Positions 7,570 to 16,700 of a DNA stretch of 32,594 bases are shown here, piece after piece. The DNA is from a virus (Duplodnaviria; Caudoviricetes). Every line of letters begins with the position of its first letter. Position 1 is the stretch's first letter. The notes beneath the pieces are model-generated. The model searched no databases. It saw nothing but the letters and a program-made list of their open reading frames with translations, and was not told where the DNA came from. The position numbers were made by a program, and so were the translations under genes. The stretch covers positions 1 to 32,594 of IMG/VR virus record IMGVR_UViG_3300030450_002564; one strand, 5' to 3'.

Positions 7570-7577
7570 TCTTGTCG

Positions 7578-7775
7578 TTATATGTTTACAACTTCTTGAG
7601 ATTTTTCATATCCACAAGCAGACATAAACTTTTCTTCATCAAAATTGCTATTAAATTCCTTGAAAGTTTTTCCAAGTTCTAATGCCATATAAAATATAAA
7701 GTCTTTATCTGCATTCGGCTTTGTCTTCATATCTTTAATAACATTTGCAATAGCTTTGAAATGTTTTCTATGCAC
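7578..7775 (-). CDS. hypothetical early protein
   Basis: RKHFKAIA...NSNFDEEKFMSACG, a pattern seen in small phage early proteins; AAAGGA RBS. Confidence 0.7.
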   Translation of the reverse strand: MHRKHFKAIANVIKDMKTKPNADKDFIFYMALELGKTFKEFNSNFDEEKFMSACGYEKSQEVVNI

Positions 7776-7777
7776 TT

Positions 7778-8026
7778 TTATTCCTTTCCCTGTACTTCTT
7801 TGACACTATCAATTACGCTTTGCACATAATTAGTGCCTTCATCTTCTCCCATAGATAACATAATGTTGCCTATAAGAATGTCTATTTGCTTTCCAATTCC
7901 TAAAACTGAATTGGCTAATTGCATATCACAACCAAGTTCGGTTGCCTTTGCATGTAAGGTACTTCTAACTCTTTCCCTTTCCTCATAGAGTTCTTTTAAC
8001 TCTTTAGGTAATTCTTTTTTTGCCAT
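7778..8026 (-). CDS. hypothetical early protein (first gene of the leftward operon)
   Basis: 82-aa ORF with GGAG RBS, immediately downstream of the consensus promoter. Confidence 0.75.
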   Translation of the reverse strand: MAKKELPKELKELYEERERVRSTLHAKATELGCDMQLANSVLGIGKQIDILIGNIMLSMGEDEGTNYVQSVIDSVKEVQGKE

Positions 8027-8055
8027 TATTCTTTCTCCATTTTTAGTACTTTTTT

Positions 8056-8085
8056 ATTATAGGCACATCTTAAATTATATGTCAA
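8056..8085 (-). promoter_or_regulatory. strong sigma70/SigA-type early promoter
   Basis: Perfect TTGACA (8085-8080), 18-nt spacer, TATAAT (8061-8056), pointing into the leftward operon. Confidence 0.8.
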
Positions 8086-8091
8086 TAGTTG

Positions 8092-8119
8092 TTGCATAAA
8101 TATTATTATCTAGTATTGT
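8092..8119 (+). promoter_or_regulatory. possible divergent promoter
   Basis: TTGCAT-N16-TATTGT upstream of the gene at 8149; moderate match only. Confidence 0.35.
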
Positions 8120-8148
8120 TTTATTAAGTAAATGAAATGAGGTAAATA

Positions 8149-8430
8149 ATGACAGTTAAAGAAAAAGAATATGTCATGTGTACATTTGAAATATTAGAGG
8201 GAGAGAGAGAATATGGAACAAAATATTTTTATCCCAAAGAAAAATATGACAAGTGGACAACCAAAGAATTATTAGAAGAGTTTTTTGGTGGAAAATTAGG
8301 AGAACAATTCAAGGCAGAAAGCTATTGGGACTGCGATAGAGTAGTTGGTTTAGACACAACAAACAACTTTAAAGCAGACAAAAACAAGATTAAAGAATTG
8401 CTTTCAATGGGAATTTGGGGAGAGGAATAA
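8149..8430 (+). CDS. hypothetical protein
   Basis: 93-aa ORF with GAGG RBS. Confidence 0.75.
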   Translation: MTVKEKEYVMCTFEILEGEREYGTKYFYPKEKYDKWTTKELLEEFFGGKLGEQFKAESYWDCDRVVGLDTTNNFKADKNKIKELLSMGIWGEE

Positions 8431-8585
8431 TGGCTAAGAATAAAAAAGATATTACTCTTGAGGAATTGACACCTAGCGAGATTAGGTTAAATAAATTAAG
8501 AGAGATAGCTGAAAAAGTAAGAGAGAATGAGGAGAGACAGAAAGAAATTAATCAAGCTCTTGATACTTTAAAAAGACTATTGTAA
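8430..8585 (+). CDS. 51-aa coiled-coil hypothetical protein
   Basis: MAKNKKDITLEELTPSEIRLNKLREIAEKV...; TAATG overlap and GAGGA RBS. Confidence 0.65.
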   Translation: MAKNKKDITLEELTPSEIRLNKLREIAEKVRENEERQKEINQALDTLKRLL

Positions 8586-8611
8586 TGTAATTCTCTCATT
8601 GTTACATTACT

Positions 8612-8658
8612 AGAAAGCCCTGCTTAGTTGTTCCTTTGACGCTGAGTGGGGTTTTCTT
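8612..8658 (+). terminator. possible intrinsic terminator
   Basis: AGAAAGCCCTGCTTAG...CTGAGTGGGGTTTTCT imperfect stem ending in a U-rich run, after the last rightward early gene. Confidence 0.55.
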
Positions 8659-8753
8659 ATGCCTATTTTATATGGATTTCAACTGCATCTCTTGTTCTGG
8701 ACTATAAGTTTAACTGATTATCCCCTGTTCTCAATCAAACTAGGTACATTTCT

Positions 8754-8949
8754 ATACCATATCTAGTGCAATCACACACACATACTATATATTGTGTGGT
8801 ATATGCTAGGTATTCTTTTGGTGGCTAGGCAGTTATTGTGCCATCTTTCACATGGCAGGGTTCAATGTGGCGGGGTCTCCTTTATGTAGTAGAACCTCTA
8901 GGAATATGCTGTTAACAGGTACTAGATATAGTGGTACTATATGTTGTAG
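8754..8949. promoter_or_regulatory. four NrdR-box-like 16-mers
   Basis: ATACCATATCTAGTGC (8754-8769), ATACTATATATTGTGT (8782-8797), GTACTAGATATAGTGG (8919-8934), GTACTATATGTTGTAG (8934-8949), compared with the NrdR consensus acaCwAtATaTwGtgt. Confidence 0.55.
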
Positions 8950-9193
8950 GTACCTCTTATATGGCTTTTTTATGTTTGCTTTTCATTTAAGCAAGTAAAG
9001 ATAATGAGTACTTCTTACCCTGTGTCATCCCTCCCAAACCGATAACAAATCTATTTATGACTTATTTTATATTATGAAGTAATAGGCTTTAACCCTAGTT
9101 ATGATGGTCTAGCTAGTCCACTTTATTGATGTTCTTATCAGATATTCTCTTCCTAAGAGCTAGAAAAATATCCTATTTGTACGATTTAATAAC

Positions 9194-9222
9194 TTGTATC
9201 TTAACAGAACATATATTAAAAT
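9194..9222 (+). promoter_or_regulatory. sigma70-type promoter
   Basis: TTGTAT-N17-TAAAAT directly upstream of a run of hairpins. Confidence 0.55.
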
Positions 9223-9228
9223 CAAACT

Positions 9229-9390
9229 AACTAAACTTTTAGGATTCCTTTCCTTTGTTTAGCCTCCTTTCAGTACGATAATCCATCCTCTCGCAAGAGA
9301 GGGTGACTCTAAAATTGGAGGTGACCAAGTTTATTTTGCTAGGCAACTAACAAAATATAACGCAGGTTAAAACCCTGCCACCTCCCTTTA
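9229..9390 (+). ncRNA. candidate structured non-coding RNA(s)
   Basis: Stems CTAAAC/GTTTAG and CATCCTCTC-GCAA-GAGAGGGTG, then a three-way junction GGAGGTG/CACCTCC enclosing TATTTTG..TAG-GCAA-CTA..CAAAATA and GCAGG/CCTGC. No ORF; promoter upstream. Confidence 0.55.
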
Positions 9391-9430
9391 GAGATACCTT
9401 AAGTAATAAGAAAATTTTTTTTACAGCCTA

Positions 9431-9439
9431 TGTTATAGT
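9431..9439 (+). promoter_or_regulatory. extended -10 promoter, probably giving a leaderless transcript
   Basis: TGtTATAGT with ATG 7 nt downstream and no SD sequence. Confidence 0.5.
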
Positions 9440-9445
9440 ATTTAT

Positions 9446-9511
9446 ATGCCTTATACAAAAACAGGAAAAAAGAAAAGCTACTCTTCTAAAAGAAAACCTA
9501 AGAGAAAGTAA
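9446..9511 (+). CDS. 21-aa highly basic peptide
   Basis: MPYTKTGKKKSYSSKRKPKRK; starts at the predicted TSS and ends 4 nt before the terminase ATG. Confidence 0.5.
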   Translation: MPYTKTGKKKSYSSKRKPKRK

Positions 9512-9515
9512 CTTA

Positions 9516-11447
9516 ATGAATGACAAGCGAAGAATCTGCTACGCAGCAGGTTGCAAACGTATGCTTCCAACAGGGAGGAGGAAATTTTGCAGCGACAGAT
9601 GTTCTAACAGAATACAGATGCAGAAGAAGAGAGCTGCTAAACTGGGGAAAGAGTGGAAACAGGATGAAGAAACACTTAATATACCTAGCGAGGTTGAAAA
9701 GAAAAACGTTCAAAGCCGTAGAGGTACGGTCTATAATGATATTGTTGAGTCAGGTCTTGCACAAGATATTCTTGATAAGAAAAATACCATTGCAGATGTG
9801 GCAAGACTTCTTGAAACAACGCCAGGTGCAGTATCAATGGCATACTCAGCATTCCTGGAAGATAAACAAATCAAACAAGCTCAAGACACTTGGGAGCTTC
9901 CGCCTGTTGCAGCCGAAACTCTTAAAGACTTCTCTAAGTTTAGAGATAGATACTTCTTAACCGAACAAGGATTACCATACGAAACTCCCAAATTTCATTT
10001 AAAGTGGATAGATTCACTTTTAGAAGCATTAGACGAAGGTGGGCAACAAATGATATTGTCTCCTCCACGACACGGCAAGACAGAACTGTTAATACATTTC
10101 ACAGTATGGTTAATATGCAAAAATCCAAATATGAGAATTTTATGGGTAGGTGGAAATGAAGAGATTTCAAAGAACAGCGTTGGTGCTGTGCTTGACACTC
10201 TGGAAAACAATGAACTTCTTGTTGAGGAAATTTGTGGACCTGGTAGAAGTTTTAAACCAACGTCTCGAACTGGTAAGACCTGGACTCAAAACCAATTTAC
10301 CGTGGCTACTCGTACTGTGTCTGGTATTAAATCACCTACGATTGTTGGGTTGGGAAGAGGGGGAAAGATACTTTCAAGAGATTGTGACCTCATTATCTGT
10401 GATGATGTCGAGGACCACAGTTCTACTATGCAACCTTCTTCACGAGAGAACACTAGAAATTGGTGGACAACTACATTGTCAAGTCGTAAAGAAGACCATA
10501 CTGCCGTAATTGTAATAGGTTCAAGACAACACCATGATGACTTATATCATCACTTGTTAGATAACGAATCTTGGAAAACAACAGTTGAAGAAGCACATGA
10601 TACAGGATGTACATTACCTGATTGGAATGAAGATGAACATCAAGACTGTATGTTATGGAAAGGTAAAAGAAGTTTTAATTGGTTAATGGATAGAAAAAGA
10701 GCTGCGGAAACTACAGGTGGTAGAGCCATCTATGAAATGGTATATCTTAATGTAGCTATGCCTGATGGACTTTCTTTATTTGATAGAGAAGAGATTGAAA
10801 TGTGTAGAAACCAAAGAAGAGATATAGGACACATTCCACCTCATACTCAACTTATTGCAGGATTGGACCCTGCTTCAACAGGCTACCAAGCTGCGTTTTT
10901 ATGGGCTTATGAAAAAGGAAATAACATAATGTATATGGTGGATATGGATAATAACCTTGGTGGAGGTATCCCTCAAGCATTACATGTTATAAAAGATTGG
11001 TGGCAGAAATATAATTGTTCTCATTGGGTTATAGAGGAAAACGGTTTTCAAAAAGCTATTAGACAAGATAGAAGTATTAGAGAGTTTGCATCTCAACATG
11101 GAGTATTTTTAGAGGGACATGAAACTTATGCAAATAAATTTGACCCTATCTATGGAGTTACTGCTATGAGACCTCTGTACCAAGAACAACTTATAGACTT
11201 ACCCTACCAAACATTAAATGCACAAGAAAAAGTAAATCTTTTAACAAGTCAGTTAGTTTACTTTTCTAGTGCTAAAAATAAATCAAAGACAGTAGGTACA
11301 AAGACTGACATAGTTATGGCTAGTTGGTTCCCTATGAGAGCAGTAAGAAGGTTACAAAAAGAACGTCTTGCAGAACTAGGTACTGACTACAATCCAAGCT
11401 ATACTAATTATGAAACAAGTAAGCTAGATAACGATATTTGGAGATAA
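9516..11447 (+). CDS. terL: terminase large subunit with N-terminal Zn-finger and HTH extension
   Basis: Walker A PPRHGKT, Walker B LIICDD, coupling motif IGSR, RNase H-like nuclease start IAGLDPA and C-terminal DIVMA. Confidence 0.92.
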   Translation: MNDKRRICYAAGCKRMLPTGRRKFCSDRCSNRIQMQKKRAAKLGKEWKQDEETLNIPSEVEKKNVQSRRGTVYNDIVESGLAQDILDKKNTIADVARLLETTPGAVSMAYSAFLEDKQIKQAQDTWELPPVAAETLKDFSKFRDRYFLTEQGLPYETPKFHLKWIDSLLEALDEGGQQMILSPPRHGKTELLIHFTVWLICKNPNMRILWVGGNEEISKNSVGAVLDTLENNELLVEEICGPGRSFKPTSRTGKTWTQNQFTVATRTVSGIKSPTIVGLGRGGKILSRDCDLIICDDVEDHSSTMQPSSRENTRNWWTTTLSSRKEDHTAVIVIGSRQHHDDLYHHLLDNESWKTTVEEAHDTGCTLPDWNEDEHQDCMLWKGKRSFNWLMDRKRAAETTGGRAIYEMVYLNVAMPDGLSLFDREEIEMCRNQRRDIGHIPPHTQLIAGLDPASTGYQAAFLWAYEKGNNIMYMVDMDNNLGGGIPQALHVIKDWWQKYNCSHWVIEENGFQKAIRQDRSIREFASQHGVFLEGHETYANKFDPIYGVTAMRPLYQEQLIDLPYQTLNAQEKVNLLTSQLVYFSSAKNKSKTVGTKTDIVMASWFPMRAVRRLQKERLAELGTDYNPSYTNYETSKLDNDIWR

Positions 11448-13205
11448 ATGCCTTATACAGGAGAACAACTTTTTAAGAAGGTAGCAACCTTGAGAAACAT
11501 GAATCAAGATGCTGCTATTGATAGAAGCAGAGTACGTGATATTTTAAATGGTGGACAGGCTGGTGTTAAAGCACTATTAGGTGAGAAATCATCTTTAGAG
11601 TTTTCAGAACTACCTGCACCTAACCTAATGCTTTCTGCTTTAGAGAGATTTGCACAAAAACTAGGAAGAAGTCCTGATTTAAAAATTGATGTATTTAATG
11701 AAAAAGATTCAGAGAGAAGTAAAAAGAAAGCAGAAAAACTAGAAAGAATAGTTCATGCTTTCGATAAGAATCAAAAACTACATTTACAATTACCTCAAGT
11801 TGGTAGATGGATGCCAGGTTATGGATTTGCTGTTTGGGTTATAGGTTATGAAGAAAAAAATGGTATCCCATATCCTTGTGCAAAACTAAGAGACCCTTTT
11901 AAATGTTATCCTGGTTATTTTGGTAATGACCAACAACCTAAAGAACTTGCAATTATACAGCAAGTTCCACATGAAGTTTTAGCAAAACAATATCCAAGTG
12001 CTAAATCAATAATATACGATACTGAAGATGCACAACAATCTGCACTTGGAATGGTGTATACAAAACGTAGTGAATCTTGGGCTAATTCAAGTGGTCAAGG
12101 AAAAGTAGTTGTTGAGTATATGGATAATGAAGGAACGTATGTTTTTCTTCCAGAAAATAAAAAGATTATAGACTTTATGCCTAACCCATTAAAAAGCGGT
12201 CCTTGTTTTGTTGTTGCAAAAAGATTCGCATTTGACCAAATGCAAAGTCAGTTTCATCACATTGTTGGACTTATGGCTAATATGGCAAAGATTAATATTC
12301 TTGGAACTATTGCTATGGAAGACGCTGTGTTTACCGAAACTAATATTATTGGTGAAATTGAATCAGGTAAATATAGAAAAGGAAGATTTGCTGTAAACTA
12401 TTTAACACCAGGTTCAAATGTATCAAAACCTGTTAACAATTTACCGTATCAATTATTTCAACAAGTAGATAGATTAGAAAGACATCTACGATTAGGTTCT
12501 GCTTATCCTGTATCTGATGACGGACAATCTCCAAATTCATTTGTTACAGGTAGAGGATTAGAAGAATTAGGTCAATCTGCATCTATGCACGTAAGAGAAT
12601 ATCAAACAGTTATATCAGATGCTTTACAAGAAATAGATTCTAAAAGACTAGAGTATGATGTTGAATTGTTTGGTAAGAAAAGAAAACCGATAGCAGGATA
12701 TTTAAATGGAACTGCGTTTAAAGAAACATATACTCCTGAAAGTGATATTGCAGAAATGTACACAACAAGAAGAGTATATGGAGTAATGGCAGGATTTGAT
12801 GAGCCACAAAAAGTTATAACAGGATTACAGTTAAAACAACAAGGTATTATTGACACACAAACGTTACAGGAAAACCTTGATGGTCTTGAAAACATAACTG
12901 CTATACAACAAAGAATAAATGCAGAGAAAGCAGAAACAGTATTGTTTGAATCTCTTATGGCACAAGCTGCAGAAGGTAATGCACAAGCAACATTAGCAGC
13001 TATAGAGATAAGAAAAAATCCTCATAAAATGTCTGAGATATTAGATAAATATTATACAGCACAGGGAGAAGAACCAACACCTGAAGAGTTAGCAATGATG
13101 GGAATGGGTGGACCTCAAATGCCAACAGGACCTGGTGGAGGATTGCCTGGTATAGAACAAGTTTTAGGAACTTTGGGACAACAAGGAGGACCTCCTGGTG
13201 GATGA
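11448..13205 (+). CDS. portal protein
   Basis: 585 aa immediately after terL, with a helical body and Gly/Pro-rich tail. Assigned mainly from size and synteny. Confidence 0.75.
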   Translation: MPYTGEQLFKKVATLRNMNQDAAIDRSRVRDILNGGQAGVKALLGEKSSLEFSELPAPNLMLSALERFAQKLGRSPDLKIDVFNEKDSERSKKKAEKLERIVHAFDKNQKLHLQLPQVGRWMPGYGFAVWVIGYEEKNGIPYPCAKLRDPFKCYPGYFGNDQQPKELAIIQQVPHEVLAKQYPSAKSIIYDTEDAQQSALGMVYTKRSESWANSSGQGKVVVEYMDNEGTYVFLPENKKIIDFMPNPLKSGPCFVVAKRFAFDQMQSQFHHIVGLMANMAKINILGTIAMEDAVFTETNIIGEIESGKYRKGRFAVNYLTPGSNVSKPVNNLPYQLFQQVDRLERHLRLGSAYPVSDDGQSPNSFVTGRGLEELGQSASMHVREYQTVISDALQEIDSKRLEYDVELFGKKRKPIAGYLNGTAFKETYTPESDIAEMYTTRRVYGVMAGFDEPQKVITGLQLKQQGIIDTQTLQENLDGLENITAIQQRINAEKAETVLFESLMAQAAEGNAQATLAAIEIRKNPHKMSEILDKYYTAQGEEPTPEELAMMGMGGPQMPTGPGGGLPGIEQVLGTLGQQGGPPGG

Positions 13206-13416
13206 AAAAGAAATCTTAGAAAAGTTTATGGATATGGTTAATCAAGAAAATTGGTCAACTGATGTATTTGCAGGTAATGAACCTTCTGTATCAAATAGAC
13301 TAATGGTAGCAACTTATGTAATACCAACACCTTTACCATATTATTTTTTACATATTGACGTAGGTTATGAATTTAACGAAGAGTTAGGAAAAGATATTTA
13401 TGGCGAACAAATATAA
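13198..13416 (+). CDS. hypothetical protein
   Basis: 72-aa GTG-start ORF with AGGAGG upstream, overlapping both neighbours. Confidence 0.55.
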   Translation: MDEKEILEKFMDMVNQENWSTDVFAGNEPSVSNRLMVATYVIPTPLPYYFLHIDVGYEFNEELGKDIYGEQI

Positions 13417-13789
13417 CAGAGGTAGAAAAAATACTGCATTAAATGAAGCTACTGATATGACAGGTGGTGGAGCTTTTGCAGACATTGTTGCACCTCCAAG
13501 AAAAGAAGGCGACCCAACAGGACAATCAAAAGCATTAGATGCACAAGCAGGAGCTATAAGTCCAACTGCAGGTCAAATGTCTCCAGGTGTACCAACACCA
13601 GGAATACCTTCTCCGATAAATATTGGAGCAGGAACACAATATCCTAATGAACCTATAACTACAGGGGTTCCTATAGGAATGGGAGATAGTGGTCCACAAC
13701 CTGTGCCAACAAAAACTGTAGAAAATTTTATATTAGAAGCAAAGGTTGCATTTCCAGACCCAATATGGGATGAATTACTTGGAGCGTAA
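13400..13789 (+). CDS. Pro/Gly-rich hypothetical (probable virion) protein
   Basis: 129 aa, AGGA RBS, low complexity, follows the portal gene. Confidence 0.7.
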   Translation: MANKYNRGRKNTALNEATDMTGGGAFADIVAPPRKEGDPTGQSKALDAQAGAISPTAGQMSPGVPTPGIPSPINIGAGTQYPNEPITTGVPIGMGDSGPQPVPTKTVENFILEAKVAFPDPIWDELLGA

Positions 13790-16700
13790 TGGATTACAGA
13801 TTAAAATTCTATTCTCCTTCGTTGGTTAGAGAGTTCATAGCAGAAGAAAATACCGCTAATTTAAATGAAAGATTACAGTTTAGAAGAAATATAAGTCCAG
13901 ATTTAGCAGAAAGTATTGCAAGTATATCAAGGACATATCCTAATTTAGATAAAAGAGCTGTTGTTTATAGTGGTTTAATGGGCTTACAAGATGATGATAA
14001 TACATTATTAGAGTTATCACAAAAACAACAAAAAGCTATGGAGAAAAGTCAAAGAAGTATAAGACCAACATCTACATCTTTTTGGAAAAGAGGAACACAA
14101 TTAGGTTTCTTAGCACTAGATGCACCATTTCAAAACATATCTCAAAATTTTAAATCTACTGTATATGCAGCACAACAAACACAAACACCAGTTGGAAAAG
14201 CTGTTTTTGGAACTTTAGCAGGTTCAATATTGCCAGGAGAAGCAATGAGTGATGCTGTTAGAGAATCTATGTTTAGCAAAGAATTTTCTGATACATGGAA
14301 ACAAACAAAAGAATCTTATGGACCTACTGAATTTAGAAGAGCTAGAGATGCAATGAAAGCAGGAGAACCTTTAAATTTAGGAACAGGTTTTGTTCCACAA
14401 TCAGTAACATTAGAAGATACAGATGAATATAACAGACAAATTAAACTTGGTGAATCACCAACAACTGCATATAAATCAGCAGAAAATAAATACGGAACAC
14501 CTATTACAGAAGAATTTAAAAAAGATGAATATAGATATAACTATGTAACACCTCAAGGAGAACACGTTCCTATATCTCCAGGTCGTGTTGTTGCAGGTCA
14601 ATTTAGCAAAGAAGGAGATTTAAAATATGCAGTTACAAGTACTATTATTGATGGAGCTTTTAGACTAGGAGCAGACCCAATTAACTTACTTTTAGGTTAT
14701 GGTTCTGGTGTAAAAACTGCAGGACAAAAAATAGTTTCTAAAGCTGCAGTAGATGATTTTCTAATAAAAAATCCTAAAACTATTGGTAGAGCATTAAAAA
14801 GTATGTCGCTTGGTAAAAAAGGAAAAGATGCTAGAAAATTTATGTTTGGTAAAACTGCAGAAGATGTACTTAAATCTAAATGGGGTGATGATTTCTTAGA
14901 TGCTTTAGTAGAGAACGATAGTATAGCAAGATTAAGAGACATACCTTCTTTTAGAAAAGTAGATACTAGAGTTTTAGAATTGTTAGCTAGTGTAAAAAAC
15001 AAAAATGCTATGAGAGAAATTGTAGAAAGCATGTTAACAAAAGGAGATTTATCAAAATTAGCATCAGCACCATACACAAGTCAATTTGTTGGGAAAGAAT
15101 TATTAGAAGCACTTCCTGTATCTAAAGTAAATAAATTACCTATGAGAAAAAGTGTTACAGGAGAGTTAGCAGGAGGTTTAGCTAAAAAATTTAAAAGTCT
15201 AGGACCAACAGATATTGCACCAATAAGAAGAGGTGTGGTTCCTACAACATTAACACTTGGAGAAGAATTAATTAAAGGTATTGGAAAAATACCTGGAAGT
15301 CCTTTTAAAAAATTAGCAGGAGGTTTAATTGAAAAAGGAGACGACCCTTTTAGAGGAATTGTTGGAACTGGAGGACAATTAAAATTTGCACTTCCAAGAG
15401 GAATTACAAGACTTTTTGATTTAGCACCAAGTAAATTTGCATCTTTAAGATATGTACAGGAAACTGTAGAAAACATTGATGGGCTTTTAACTACAATGGG
15501 AGAAAATGCTGAAACAAGAGATTATTTTATAGCTAAAATACTTACAACAAAAACTGCAGATGATTTAATAGAAGTAGTATCAGAACTTAATGAAAAAATA
15601 TTTGATTTTGTTAAAAGAGAAAATCCAGATTACGGTAGATATTTAGACTCTCCAGAGGGTGCTGATGATGCTAAAAAAATATTAGAAGCACATAAACGTT
15701 TATCTTCGACAATACAAGAAAATAAAAAATATTTCTATGATGAAGATGGCTATCCTATTATTTTTCCAGGAACAAAATTTAAATATCCTAGTTTAGAAAC
15801 TACTCCTATAGCTGAAGCTGCAGGAAGAGAGACACCTAGGTTTCAACAAATTGCAGAACCTACAGCATTAGTAATGAGTCAATTTGCAGATAACTTTGTA
15901 GCATTAATGGATTACACACAACTTGCTACAGCAGGAAATAAATATAGAAAATTAGTTCCTAAAGAAGCTAAAGGATTAAATAAAGCACTATATGGTTGGA
16001 ACTCTGAAAAAGAATCTATAACTAAAAAAATAGTAGATACAGGAAAATTTCCTAAAACTGCATTTAAAGATAGTAATTATAGAGGGTCAACTCCTGAATT
16101 AGCATCTGCTACTTTAGCTGAATATGTATATAGTGACGTATTTATGCAAAAAGTTTTAAAACCTGGATGGATGTTAAGACTTGCTTTAGCTGTTCGTGTA
16201 CCAGGTGAAGAAGCAGTTCGTACTGCTGTATATGGTGGTCCATCTGTATTTACACATCCTTTAGAGTTATTATCTTTAAAATTTAATAATCCTTTTTCAA
16301 AAAAACAAACAATACAACTTATGGGAAGTATGGGAGAAGATTTTTTTGCAACAACAATTAGAGGAGATGAGATAAGTAAAATTGCTGAAATGACAGGAAC
16401 TCCTGCAATGCAAGATTCAGTAAAAAATTTAACGTATGATGAAATAGAAAGAGTACTTAAATTTAAAAGATTAAATGTTAATCCGTCAGGAACTATTGGA
16501 GATTCGTATTTAGCTTCTTATATTAAAGATGTTGATACCACAATAGATTTTCAATTAAAAGAAATTAAAGGTGGATTAAAAAAATTAAAGAAACAAAAAG
16601 TAACTCCAGAAGATATAGAAGAATCTGCAAGGTTTTTAGGTTATGAAATAAATAGATTAAAAGATGTAGTTCAAGTACGTGCATTTAATAACGTGAGTAG

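Noticed and set aside
8950-9190. Short hairpins in the non-coding region (e.g. GATATT...AATATC at 9141-9172)
   Set aside because: They are weak AT-rich stems expected by chance, with no independent support.
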